IMG/VR virus record: IMGVR_UViG_3300034159_000051
Span: 65,261 to 129,260 of that record
Strand: one strand, 5' to 3'
Length of the DNA: 64,000 nt
From: a virus
Positions 26,503 through 36,181 of the stretch are shown piece by piece. How positions within the stretch are numbered: position 1 is the first letter of the stretch; every line of letters begins with the position of its first letter. A model generated the notes under the pieces. The model was given only the letters and a program-made list of their open reading frames with translations, ran no database searches and was not told the origin of the DNA. Position numbers and translations under genes: made by a program.

Positions 26503-27105
26503 TCACGTCGAAACCTTGGCGGACAAGGAAAGGACGTATTCATCGACCCATGCGATCGTCGTTGCGTTCGCCTGGGGCGTTTGGTTGTTGTAAAGGCTGG
26601 CGAGCCAGTCGTACCCATCTTTGGTTTCTGACGCGTCTTCCCTTTCGCACGCCGCAACCATGGCATCCTCGAATGTTTTATCGTTATATCCTCTCGGAAT
26701 CCCGTAAAGCGTAAAGATCACGCTGGAACCGATCAGAGGAGCGATGAACCATGTATGAAATTTTTCAGAGGCAATCGCCTGCCGGAGCGCTCCCGGAAAA
26801 TCTTCCGGCATCTGAGAAAGTAGCGCAAAGAACGATTTCTTGAGGTCGACGTCTGTTTCCTCGCCATTGATTCCTGATCCGCGCCAGTCAAGGTTGCTGG
26901 TTTTAAAGATGTGCCTGCATGGATTATCAATGTGCTGGTGGCATTTGCAGATAGAGCAATGGACGACGTCGCAATCGCAATCATCGCACAAGCTGTTATC
27001 CCGAAAGACCTCGCCCTCGTGTTGGCACCACGCGCAAGTGCCTTTCTTGTATTCTGAACTCTCGTCTACCTGCATCATCCCTTTATCGCCTGTGAATTCC
27101 ATCAT
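26503..27105 (-). CDS. Cys-rich hypothetical protein
   Basis: CxxC clusters; AGGGATCAG directly before the ATG. Confidence 0.6.
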   Translation of the reverse strand: MMEFTGDKGMMQVDESSEYKKGTCAWCQHEGEVFRDNSLCDDCDCDVVHCSICKCHQHIDNPCRHIFKTSNLDWRGSGINGEETDVDLKKSFFALLSQMPEDFPGALRQAIASEKFHTWFIAPLIGSSVIFTLYGIPRGYNDKTFEDAMVAACEREDASETKDGYDWLASLYNNQTPQANATTIAWVDEYVLSLSAKVST

Positions 27106-27275
27106 CTGATCCCTTGATTTTCGTCGGTCGGAATGCTACCTGAAAAGCCATAGCCCGGACCTCGCTTGAGGAGCCGGGTTTTTTATTGTCCGCTCTATCT
27201 TGCTTGTGCTAGCACAATACGTTATTATACTAGCACAAGCAAGACGAGCGTTAAAAGCAAAAGAAAGGAGTCCTC

Positions 27276-27752
27276 ATGGCGGGCTCAGTGAACAAGGTCA
27301 TTCTTATCGGCAACCTCGGGTCGGACCCAGAAATTCGACACACCCAGGACGGACGATCCGTCGGCAACCTGCGCCTCGCAACGACGGATAGTTGGCGCGA
27401 CAAGCAATCCGGCGAACGCCGAGAGAAAACCGAGTGGCATAGCGTCGTCGTGTTCAACACGCACTTGGTCGACAATGTCATTAAGAAGTTCCTGAAAAAA
27501 GGCATGAAGGTCTATATCGAGGGCCAGCTTCAAACCCGTAAATGGCAGGACAACGCCGGGAACGACCGCTACACGACTGAAGTCGTTTTACAGAACTACA
27601 ATGGCCAGATCACACTACTCGACGGCAAGAAGGGCGGCGGGGATGCCTCCTCCGAGGCTTCCGAATATGATGACGGTGGGTCGTCCTCTCAGTCGAAGAC
27701 GGAGACCAAGAAGCCGCCGGAAAAGGACTTCGACGACGAAATCCCGTTTTGA
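27276..27752 (+). CDS. ssb: single-stranded DNA-binding protein
   Basis: SVNKVILIGNLGSDPE...TEWH...VYIEGQLQTRKW; C-terminal DDEIPF. Confidence 0.97.
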   Translation: MAGSVNKVILIGNLGSDPEIRHTQDGRSVGNLRLATTDSWRDKQSGERREKTEWHSVVVFNTHLVDNVIKKFLKKGMKVYIEGQLQTRKWQDNAGNDRYTTEVVLQNYNGQITLLDGKKGGGDASSEASEYDDGGSSSQSKTETKKPPEKDFDDEIPF

Positions 27753-27948
27753 TGGTGGATTCGTTTCGCCCTGGGTTTGACAGGAAATCCAAATCGAGGC
27801 AGTTTAGAAGCGCCTAGCTTTGAAAGCACGCCCCCGGCTCGTGTCCTGAATATGCCGGGAATGATTTTAAATTCTCAGCGCGACGGCGCGGGAAACGTTA
27901 GCCCGTTCGACCGGGCAGCCAGAGGAAGCCACAACTTCCCTCTGGCGT

Positions 27949-28026
<78 letters not shown>

Positions 28027-28031
28027 AGTTT

Positions 28032-28253
28032 CTATGAGGCTCCCCCGGTGAGGAGCGTTGCGCGCGGAGGAGGGACCGATGCTTTGGCGACAGAGCTAAC
28101 GGGACCACCTAAATCGGCAACAGACGCGAAAGTGAGCCGGGAACGAGGCGTATAGCGATCATGATCCGCCTCAAAAACAAGTCTGGGCCGTCTCCTTGGA
28201 TCGAGGGGGGGTAGCCGCGGGACTGCCGGGAGATAAATGCCCCGGCCTCATAG
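28032..28253 (+). ncRNA. unidentified structured RNA (~220 nt)
   Basis: Closing stem CTATGAGGC/GCCTCATAG, several internal helices, terminator immediately after. Confidence 0.5.
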
Positions 28254-28256
28254 GTG

Positions 28257-28290
28257 AAAGCTCCGGTGTCACAGCCGGAGCTTTTTCTTT
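28257..28290 (+). terminator. intrinsic terminator
   Basis: AGCTCCGG-loop-CCGGAGCT followed by a T-run. Confidence 0.75.
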
Positions 28291-28321
28291 ATGACCAACC
28301 CGAACCGCAAGGAATCCGGCA

Positions 28322-28582
28322 ATGACGATGGCAGACAGATCTTGCGAGATCGCCCTGGGCAAATGGATGGAGTTCGGCGGCATTCGCCCGTATTACCGGC
28401 CTGATGGCATCCCGACGCGCATTGACAGCAAGTGGCATACCCCGGCGGAGGCCGCAATCATCGCTGCAATGGTGGCGGTCGAGCGTCACCCCGGCGGAAG
28501 CCCGGCGCTCACGGAAGCGGTGACTTTACTCGCCAGGGCTCGCGACCGCGTCGCCGATCACGTTGAGGGGAAAACGGAGTAA
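28322..28582 (+). CDS. hypothetical protein
   Basis: AAGGA RBS; TPAEAAIIAAMVAVE...LTEAVTLL helical motif. Confidence 0.55.
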   Translation: MTMADRSCEIALGKWMEFGGIRPYYRPDGIPTRIDSKWHTPAEAAIIAAMVAVERHPGGSPALTEAVTLLARARDRVADHVEGKTE

Positions 28583-28912
28583 GTTCCCCGGCGAGCCGAA
28601 AGCAGCTTAAAGAATTCCCGGCGTTGTTTGCCCCACCCTCGGCGCCGGGCTGTGTGCGTCCCCGTAAGATGGACCGCAGCGGGATCTATCCCCCGAAAAC
28701 AACCCGCTGCGGCCAGTTCGTTTTGTGGTCCGACCACAAAACGAAAAACCAGAATCGAATGGCTCGTGATGCCAGATTATTCTGGTTCTCATGGATCTCG
28801 AATCTGGTTCGGAGGTGTGGTTCTGACTATGGTTCGAATGCGGTCTCGGGTGCAGCTTAAAGCCATCGAATAATCTGGCGCCGGAGCCGTAAAAACGAAC
28901 CTCAAAAACGAG

Positions 28913-28980
28913 TGTCTCACCGGCTGTCTCAAGGGTGTCTCACGGCCCCCATGAGACACGAAAAATGGGCCGATGAGACA
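28913..28980. repeat. heptamer repeat cluster TGTCTCA x3 / TGAGACA x2
   Basis: Copies at 28913, 28925, 28936 (direct) and 28952, 28974 (inverted), just past the FtsK stop. Confidence 0.75.
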
Positions 28981-29016
28981 GGAGGAGGAGAGACCTGTAG
29001 CCCTCCTCCTGCGATT

Positions 29017-30888
29017 TTAGCCCGGAAGCTGCCAGAGTGTCTCGCCCCCGTTCATTTGCGGCGTTGCGACCACAAAACGGGCGCGCCGGAGTCTGTACAG
29101 CGTCGCCCGGCAAACGCCAGATTCCGCGAGTAGCCGGCCAGTTGGCAGCGGTCCACATTTTAAGGCGCGCTCGACCTGCTCTTCGGCGGTCTCGGCCTTT
29201 TGTGGATTCAGGTCCGCGCGCGCCTCAAGCGCGAGCTGTTTTTGTGGTCGGTCCCGTAGCAGCGCCGCGCCTCCGCCGACGACATGGTTGGCCGGTCCGG
29301 GCTGGCCGCGAGCGCGCTGGATCGCATCCCGGATGTCGCGCGCGGTCACATTCGGCCCCTGGATGCGCTGGAGCTTGCGGCCCTCGACCATCAGGAGCAT
29401 ATCGCCTTGGCCGAGGAGCTGCTCGGCTCCCGCCTCGCCGATGATCGTGCGGCTGTCGATCGCCGACGTCACCTGAAAGCTGATCCGGCTCGGGAAACAA
29501 TTCTTAATCGTGCCCGTCACCACATCCACACTCGGGCGCTGCATCGCCATGATAATATGGACGCCGGCCGCGCGGCCCATTTGGGCGATCTGCTGGATAA
29601 TGCCCATAAGCTCCGGCCCGGCCGTCTCGACAAGTTGGGCCATCTCGTCGATAACGACCGCGAGGTAGGGCATGGGCTCGCCGTAGCGACCTTCATTGTA
29701 TTCGGAGATTTTGCGGACGTCGTACCGCTCCATGATCTCATATCGGGTTAACATTTCTTGGCGCACGCGCTCAAGAGCCGGGACGGCCATCTCCGGGTCG
29801 GTGACGACCGGCAATGCAAGATGCGGGATGCCGTTGTAGCGCGTCAGCTCCAGCCGCTTTGGGTCGATCATCACGAACCCGATCTCGGCGGGCGTCAATG
29901 TCGCCAGGATGGACAGGATCATCGCCTGCAGGCCGACCGATTTCCCGGATCCGGTAGTTCCGGCGATCATCAGGTGCGGCATGGTTTGCAAATCCGCGAC
30001 CACAAGCGATCCGTTGATTGCCTTTCCGAGGGCGAGCGGGATTTCCGCATCGGTGGTTCGGAAGGCGGCCGAGGCGACCACATTCGAGAACTTAACCTCT
30101 TCGCGCGTTTCGTTCGGAAGCTCGATCGCGATCGAGCTGGAGCCGGTCGACGTATTGACGCGCACGCCATCGACGCCCAGCCTGGACGCAAGGTCGCTGG
30201 CCATGCCGACGACGCGGCTCGCGCGGATATGGGACGCCGCCTCGACCTCGTAAACCGTGACGGACGGTCCAACCTTCGAACCGACGAGCCGGGCCTCTAT
30301 CCCGAACCCGCGCAGGGATTCGATCACGGCGCGGCCTTTCGGGTCCATTTTTGCGGCGGCCGTTCTCTTCTTCGCGGCGTCGGGCGATGCGAATTGCGGC
30401 GGCCGGCTCACGGATGCAGGCTCAAACCGCTTGAGCGCGACGACCTCGCGATGTCGGATTGATCCCGGCAATGGGAATAGAAACTCGGTATCATGCCCGC
30501 CGATGGCGCTGATCGCCGATCCGGCAAGCGCTTGCGCGCGCCGCGCATCAAGCTGATGGATCAGGCGCCACAGGAACGTGAGGTAAGGGCCGGCCTGGAC
30601 CGCAGCCATCGCGCGCGCCGGAAATGGGCGAACATTCTCGACGTGCGTCTCGACGGCGATATGGCTCGTGTACTGCAGATCGCGCACCAGGACGCAGACG
30701 CCGGATGGATGCCGGATATTGGCGGCCAGCCATTGTTTTGTCTCTAGCGCGCCCGGCGCAAGCCGGATCGGCTTTTTCCCGACGACGATCGTCCAGAACT
30801 GTGCGCTCCCCTTCGGCGCGAATTTCAAAAGGAAATCGAAGGCCGCTTTCGCGGCTCTCTGATCTTCATCAGAGGCTATCTTCCCCAT
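29017..30888 (-). CDS. FtsK/SpoIIIE DNA translocase with atypical N-terminal domain and C-terminal wHTH
   Basis: MPHLMIAGTTGSGKS, MIDPK, VVIDEMA, GRAAGVH, QRPSVDVVTG, GAEQLLGQGDML. Confidence 0.92.
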   Translation of the reverse strand: MGKIASDEDQRAAKAAFDFLLKFAPKGSAQFWTIVVGKKPIRLAPGALETKQWLAANIRHPSGVCVLVRDLQYTSHIAVETHVENVRPFPARAMAAVQAGPYLTFLWRLIHQLDARRAQALAGSAISAIGGHDTEFLFPLPGSIRHREVVALKRFEPASVSRPPQFASPDAAKKRTAAAKMDPKGRAVIESLRGFGIEARLVGSKVGPSVTVYEVEAASHIRASRVVGMASDLASRLGVDGVRVNTSTGSSSIAIELPNETREEVKFSNVVASAAFRTTDAEIPLALGKAINGSLVVADLQTMPHLMIAGTTGSGKSVGLQAMILSILATLTPAEIGFVMIDPKRLELTRYNGIPHLALPVVTDPEMAVPALERVRQEMLTRYEIMERYDVRKISEYNEGRYGEPMPYLAVVIDEMAQLVETAGPELMGIIQQIAQMGRAAGVHIIMAMQRPSVDVVTGTIKNCFPSRISFQVTSAIDSRTIIGEAGAEQLLGQGDMLLMVEGRKLQRIQGPNVTARDIRDAIQRARGQPGPANHVVGGGAALLRDRPQKQLALEARADLNPQKAETAEEQVERALKCGPLPTGRLLAESGVCRATLYRLRRARFVVATPQMNGGETLWQLPG

Positions 30889-32053
30889 CTTGCGAATTCC
30901 AAAGCACTAGGCCATCATATGTGGTGCCACCCTGTGTGCCGCGGTGTACTTTGTGCTTCCCATAGCGCGCGCTAAATTCTCTCTGGAATTCAGGTTGGCT
31001 AAGGGGAGGTTTTTGCCCCGGATATCCAATATCTGTAGACCAATCGACGAAGGATTGCCAGATCGCGGGCGGTTTGAGCATCGTCGCCGTCTCGTCCAGG
31101 CCGACGCAATCTGCGCTCCACATGCCAAAATAATTGGGAGCAGCGGTCGGAGCCGGGTCCAGAATATCGACAATGGGCTCAGCTATGGTCGCAGGTGTCG
31201 GGGCGGGTGGCGTCGAAAGCAAGATCATCTTCCCGATGACGCCGCCGGCGACGGCGAATCCGAGCAGGCCGAACAGCAGGGCGGCGGCCGGACCCCAGAC
31301 CGCAATAAACCAGCGCGCGGCGGTTATCGCCTCTCCCGACAACATCGCCTCGATCCCCGCGGCTCCGGTCGCAGCAAGAGCATCCAGGCGTCGGCGCTCG
31401 GCTAATTCGGCGCGGGTGCGTCTCCAATCATCGCAAAAGGCCCTCTGGAAGTCGGCTTCGAATGCATCGCGCGAAAAGTTGCGGCATTCCCCGGTGCGCT
31501 CTACGAGGCCATCCATCGTCATTTGATATTCGACTCCGGTCCTCGGGTTTTTGAAAAAGAAACGTTTCACGGGAAACGATTCGATTTCCAATAGGATCGC
31601 GCTCTCTTTTCTCGGTTCGAAATCGATAAGAGGGCGGTCCTTTTTCGGCTCGGCCTTGGGCGCGCTATGCATTGCGTAATAGGCGTGTGCGCCGGCCGAA
31701 AAAACAGCGATCGGCAGGCAGACAAGAACAAGGAGGACGAGCGCTGCGTAGGCGATCGGCCGGTCATCCTCGGCCCACATCAAACCCGCGATGATCGGGA
31801 GCGCGCCAAGGGCCGCGGTCAACGCGACGACAAGAAGACCGATCCCTATTTTCCAGGGCAATGTCGTCGCCAGCGCAGTCGATACGGTGGCGCTCATAAA
31901 GGCCACATAGGTCAAGGCGATGGCGGCCGGGATCGCCACCGTCCAGACAAAAAACCAGATATGCGCGTTACTGGTTTTGCGCTGCTCGACGCTTGGCGCG
32001 CCCGCCTCTCCGAAGACCACGGTTTTTGATGTTGGCAGGTCGGCGAGGGTCAT
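30869..32053 (-). CDS. membrane protein with GEC...FC motif and C-terminal D5-like winged helix
   Basis: Four TM segments; motif shared with 3567-4862; overlaps the FtsK start. Confidence 0.65.
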   Translation of the reverse strand: MTLADLPTSKTVVFGEAGAPSVEQRKTSNAHIWFFVWTVAIPAAIALTYVAFMSATVSTALATTLPWKIGIGLLVVALTAALGALPIIAGLMWAEDDRPIAYAALVLLVLVCLPIAVFSAGAHAYYAMHSAPKAEPKKDRPLIDFEPRKESAILLEIESFPVKRFFFKNPRTGVEYQMTMDGLVERTGECRNFSRDAFEADFQRAFCDDWRRTRAELAERRRLDALAATGAAGIEAMLSGEAITAARWFIAVWGPAAALLFGLLGFAVAGGVIGKMILLSTPPAPTPATIAEPIVDILDPAPTAAPNYFGMWSADCVGLDETATMLKPPAIWQSFVDWSTDIGYPGQKPPLSQPEFQREFSARYGKHKVHRGTQGGTTYDGLVLWNSQDGEDSL

Positions 32054-32913
32054 GGTCCTGGCCTATTTGACGGCGGCGGAAGGCGGCGCGTCTGCTGCCG
32101 CGGCGGGAGCTGCGCCTGCTGCGCCTGCTGCGGCGGAGAGAGCCGGACGCTGTGGATCTGCTCCTGATGGGAGACATACGGCGAGTCTTGCCGGTGGCTT
32201 CCGGCTTCGATCTGATTGCGATACGCATCGAGCGAGTCTCGATACGCCCAGGCCTGAAGCCATGAGCCATAGACGCAGAAGGCGAAAAACAGGACAACCA
32301 CGCCAAAAAAGCAGATGATCGCCAAATTCGCTGTTACGCCCCAGATGACGCAGGCCGCGATTGCAAGGACTACGACCGCCGCAACGGACGACAAAACCAG
32401 CCATCTCACAACAGAGACAAAGTTTTCTTTCGGCGCCGACCTCACAGCCATTGCGGCCACATAGGCGACCGCCAAGACGCAAAGGGCAGCCGCCATCCAC
32501 GGCGCGTAGGCGGCCAGGGCCTTCGAAAGCGCGCTAAAATCATAGGTCGTCGTTGTGTGGTAATGCGACACGACCGGAGCCGCGGCCGGCGCGCCGTGAC
32601 CATGCATAAGCGCAGCCACGGCGCAGATCATGAAGAATACGCCAACGCCAACGATAAAAGCCAAAGCCGCCATTGGAACCGCCATGCAAAGAGCCAAAAG
32701 GGGAAGAAACGCGAAGCCGGCCGCCTCGATCGGGCTAATCGTCCACATAGCGCAATCCTGACGCCGTATATTCAAGGTGAGAATGGTAAAGCCCGTCTGC
32801 TTTACGTTCCGGCGCTGGCGCGATCCGGCTCTCCGGTGGACGCCCTCGCTCAATCTGGAGCTGCCACTCCCTTCGATCGAACGGACGGGCGGAAGGCGCG
32901 GGCGTCTCGTCAC
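32050..32913 (-). CDS. multi-pass membrane protein
   Basis: Several hydrophobic helices; start uncertain. Confidence 0.6.
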   Translation of the reverse strand: MTRRPRLPPVRSIEGSGSSRLSEGVHRRAGSRQRRNVKQTGFTILTLNIRRQDCAMWTISPIEAAGFAFLPLLALCMAVPMAALAFIVGVGVFFMICAVAALMHGHGAPAAAPVVSHYHTTTTYDFSALSKALAAYAPWMAAALCVLAVAYVAAMAVRSAPKENFVSVVRWLVLSSVAAVVVLAIAACVIWGVTANLAIICFFGVVVLFFAFCVYGSWLQAWAYRDSLDAYRNQIEAGSHRQDSPYVSHQEQIHSVRLSPPQQAQQAQLPPRQQTRRLPPPSNRPGP

Positions 32914-33057
32914 GGGCCTCTGAAACGGGCCTTCTCTCGATCTCTTTGGCCGCCGGATCGCTCCGCGGAAAAACCGAATCCGAACTCAAGCCGACGTAGA
33001 ACAGAAAGGTCATCACAGGGATCATCAAAACCCCAGCAATAAAGTATATGATTGTTT

Positions 33058-33975
33058 TCATAACCGCTGTTTACTCCTCTTTTTACGCTTCGATTTTTGT
33101 TTGCGTTTCGGCGCTTCATCCGCCGTCGCATCCGGCTGTGCGGTCCCCGCGATTGTGGCGGGCGTTGGCGCGGTCTCTTGAACCGAGACAGATGGGCCTC
33201 TGGCGACCTCGACAGGAGGCCGCGGCCTCGCGATCGCAGGGCTGAAGGCAGGCTCTGCGCGACGCAATTCGCCGGCCTGCCGAGCGACCACCCCAGGCAG
33301 GAATAAGATAGCGATCGTTCCAAGCGCGGTGGCCACAGCGCCAAGCGCCAATCCCCTGAGCAGGATCGGAATTCTGGAAACGCGATCGGCCGCCGCCGCG
33401 CGAGCTTCACGGGCCTTCGTCGGAGCGGCTCTTACTTGCTCCTGCAGCCGGGCGGCGCGCGGACGAACGACGCCGGCGATCCAATCCCAAAGCCAAAGCG
33501 CGCCCCAGATGACGAATGGGAGCGCGGCGCCGCCAAGCGCGATCACAGATGCGACGCCGACCGCTGCTTCCGGCGTCATCGTCTCGGGCGTCATGGCTCC
33601 CGCCACCAAGCCAGATGTGACGGCCAGCGCTATGCTCGCAAAAACCAGCTTATGGGCCGAAATTTCATCGAAGATATCAAATAGCGCATCGAGGCAGCGC
33701 ATGGCGCCTTTTGCAAAAGCCGTCCCGGCCATTATGCCGGCAAAAGCCTTCGCGTGGATATCGGGCACAGGAAAGATGAAGGCCACGGCGATCATCACAA
33801 AAAGAATCGCAAAGGCGAACGCCAGCCCTATAGAGGAGAGGATGGCCTCTTCGAGCGTTGTCGGGGTTCTTCTCCCCTCGTTGAGTCGATCCCGTGCATC
33901 AGGCAGTGCTCCCTCAACAGCATCGCGATGAGGCTCGAAAGAGTCCGGCCCTCTTTTCTCGCGACGCCTTGCCAA
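33058..33975 (-). CDS. multi-pass membrane protein
   Basis: Several hydrophobic helices; basic C-terminus. Confidence 0.6.
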   Translation of the reverse strand: MARRREKRGPDSFEPHRDAVEGALPDARDRLNEGRRTPTTLEEAILSSIGLAFAFAILFVMIAVAFIFPVPDIHAKAFAGIMAGTAFAKGAMRCLDALFDIFDEISAHKLVFASIALAVTSGLVAGAMTPETMTPEAAVGVASVIALGGAALPFVIWGALWLWDWIAGVVRPRAARLQEQVRAAPTKAREARAAAADRVSRIPILLRGLALGAVATALGTIAILFLPGVVARQAGELRRAEPAFSPAIARPRPPVEVARGPSVSVQETAPTPATIAGTAQPDATADEAPKRKQKSKRKKRSKQRL

Positions 33976-34028
33976 ATCTCTCGCTCCCTTTCAGTCGTGT
34001 AGGCAGAAACTTGCTTTAGACGCTCCAT
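33828..34028 (-). CDS. ribbon-helix-helix (CopG-like) regulator
   Basis: KQVSAYTTEREREIWQGVARKEGRTLSSLIAMLLRE; GAGG RBS; overlaps the next gene. Confidence 0.55.
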   Translation of the reverse strand: MERLKQVSAYTTEREREIWQGVARKEGRTLSSLIAMLLREHCLMHGIDSTRGEEPRQRSKRPSSPL

Positions 34029-34264
34029 AGACCCCTCAAGCGGTTGCCATCCGCACCGTTTTGTACTATATTGTACTAGCACGCCGCCGTCAAATAGAGG
34101 CGACGACGTGATTGGATGAAACCTGAGTAATTCGCACACAAAGGATACGACTCACACCACACCACGACAGCTATTTGAATACGCCTATACATAGACGGTT
34201 ACAAAAAGTAGGCCCCACGGCTCCCCGGCTTGTGGGGCCGGTTTATGTGAAAATGAGGTAAAGC

Positions 34265-34462
34265 GTGAGCACTGACGAAAAAGCCAAAACCTACACCCAC
34301 ACCGAAAAGCAGGCCGCCATCGCAACGGCAAAAGCGGAAGTCGCCGCCGCTGAGGCCGCTCTTGCGGCAGCAAAAGACAAGCTCGCCAAGGCAGAAGACC
34401 TCGGGGTCGGTCCGATGGGGAGATGGTTCAAAGATGCCGATAGAAGGATGGGCCTGCGGTGA
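34265..34462 (+). CDS. small Ala-rich hypothetical protein
   Basis: GAGGT RBS, GTG start, followed by a terminator. Confidence 0.55.
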   Translation: MSTDEKAKTYTHTEKQAAIATAKAEVAAAEAALAAAKDKLAKAEDLGVGPMGRWFKDADRRMGLR

Positions 34463-34467
34463 AACTG

Positions 34468-34500
34468 AAAAAGCCCGGCGACGAACCGGGCTTTTTGTTT
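34468..34500. terminator. bidirectional intrinsic terminator
   Basis: AAAAAGCCCGG-loop-CCGGGCTTTTT between convergent genes. Confidence 0.75.
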
Positions 34501-34648
34501 GGAACAAATCTAAATCTAATTCGTTTTGTATTCGTTACCGTTCGGAGGTATTGCGTAAAGCGCCGTCCATCCTCGCATATGGACGGCGCTCCGAGTTTTT
34601 TCCTTTAAGGAAACAACTGGGCATCTTCGATGCATTGTATGGCCATTT

Positions 34649-35023
34649 TTAGCTCCAAGCGATAAGAGTTGCGCCGAGAGTCTTGCCTTCCTCGGCCATT
34701 TTAACTAAAGTGAGAAGTTTTTCCTCGATATAGCCTTCCCGGCGTCCGCAGTCATAGAAAGTCGCCTTCCCCGGCTCCTTCATGATGATCGTTTCGAGGT
34801 CTGGCGAACGCTTCCCGATGCCGGCGCGGAGCCGGTTCCGGCAGCGATTTATGAACCGATCGATTGAAAGCTCACCGCCGACGTAGTCTTCGCGTGGAAG
34901 CCCCATAGCTTCGAGCAGGTCGCAAGCATTAGAGTTGGCGACGTTGATATCGAGGTGCTGAAGTTCAGCGCGCCGCAAGCGAGGCGGCTGATCTCCTCTT
35001 GCCGGAAAGAATGAGACGCTCAT
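34649..35023 (-). CDS. hypothetical early protein
   Basis: AGGGATCAG RBS; INVANSNA..LL..MG motif. Confidence 0.6.
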   Translation of the reverse strand: MSVSFFPARGDQPPRLRRAELQHLDINVANSNACDLLEAMGLPREDYVGGELSIDRFINRCRNRLRAGIGKRSPDLETIIMKEPGKATFYDCGRREGYIEEKLLTLVKMAEEGKTLGATLIAWS

Positions 35024-35038
35024 GATTCTGATCCCTTT

Positions 35039-35290
35039 TTAATCCAAGAAGCCCCATTGCTTCAGAAGATCTGGCGTGATCTCCGGTGGCATCCGGCTAT
35101 ATTCTGAAATGACAGCGCCGCTTTCTGCGGCGAACCGGACCTGCGTGTCGTAATGAAAGCCGTCATCCCTCTTGATGCCCCAACCCGCCCTCGATGCGAC
35201 GGAGACGTCCTGCTTTCCTTTTCTGAAAACAAACGGCGACGGCCCTTTTGAGATGTGCCAGACGCCGCAGTGTTTCGTATCGATGTACAT
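35039..35290 (-). CDS. hypothetical early protein
   Basis: AGGGATCAG RBS. Confidence 0.55.
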   Translation of the reverse strand: MYIDTKHCGVWHISKGPSPFVFRKGKQDVSVASRAGWGIKRDDGFHYDTQVRFAAESGAVISEYSRMPPEITPDLLKQWGFLD

Positions 35291-35482
35291 TTCTGATCCC
35301 TTTCTTGTTTAAAAGTCGATCTTCACGGATGCCCCAAAGACCAACGCCGCAAGCACAAGCCACGGCGCCGACAACGCAATGGAAAATATGAGGAGCCACT
35401 TGACGGAGCCATGCACAGGCTTCCCGTTATCCGTGATTTCAAAGCGCATCATTCTAGTCTTTCGGCTTGCAGGGGAGGGGGG

Positions 35483-36109
35483 CTATTCGCCCCATGGAAG
35501 TCCAAATTTGTCGGCGCAGATCGGGCCGTACCCGACCTCGGTGGAGCGCTCGTCTTTGAGCGGGCGATTGCAGAAGCAGCAGCAACCCGTCAGCTTTCCG
35601 TGCTCGGCCGCTACTTCAGCGGGGCGTTCGGCGAATGCGCGAAGCTGAGCCAGAAGAGCAGCTGGGCTTGTTGCGCGGGGCGACTTCTCAAAAGCGCCGC
35701 TTTGCAGAATGCGGCCAAACCAGAGCGGGCGGCCATAACCGTCGACCTGATCCTTAGCGACGACATTCAGGCTTCCCGGAACCTTTGCGGTTTCGCCGGC
35801 GACATTGATCTTGATCGAGCCGATACCGTCCACGCCAAGGACGATCGTTGGGCGCTTAAGACCCGATTTAGAGGCGTTTTCGAAAAGGGCGAGGATACCG
35901 CTCAGATCGCCCAAGGCTTCCGTCTCGCGGGGCTTCTCGCCTTGGGCGGCCTTCTCAGCGAGACGGGTCACATGGGGCCACTGCTTCTCGGAGAGCGTTC
36001 CGCGGCGCTCGAACTGGTTGAGGAGGCTTTCGGCAAAGCTGCGGTCGCCGGTGGCAAGTTGCGGAAGGACTGCGCGAAGGTTCTGAATAGGGTTAACTTG
36101 CGCTTGCAT
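35483..36109 (-). CDS. DUF6011-like zinc-finger protein
   Basis: C-terminal CCFCNRPLKDERSTEVGYGPICA. Confidence 0.75.
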   Translation of the reverse strand: MQAQVNPIQNLRAVLPQLATGDRSFAESLLNQFERRGTLSEKQWPHVTRLAEKAAQGEKPRETEALGDLSGILALFENASKSGLKRPTIVLGVDGIGSIKINVAGETAKVPGSLNVVAKDQVDGYGRPLWFGRILQSGAFEKSPRATSPAALLAQLRAFAERPAEVAAEHGKLTGCCCFCNRPLKDERSTEVGYGPICADKFGLPWGE

Positions 36110-36181
36110 TTGGTGTCTCCGTTCCTGATCCCTTGACATTATTTCTAACCAATTTCACGAAAGACGGCAAGCAAAAAATGG

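Noticed and set aside
27203-27239. CTTGTGCTAGCACAA..TACTAGCACAAG repeat upstream of ssb (similar TACTAGCAC at ~34074)
   Set aside because: Plausible operator, but too few copies to assign a regulator or function.
28962-28972. 11-nt match to the reverse complement of the unit 17 target (AAAATGGGCCG)
   Set aside because: Several 11-mer hits are expected by chance; extension needs a gap.
34500-34650. dif site to accompany FtsK
   Set aside because: No XerC/XerD consensus found here or elsewhere by eye.
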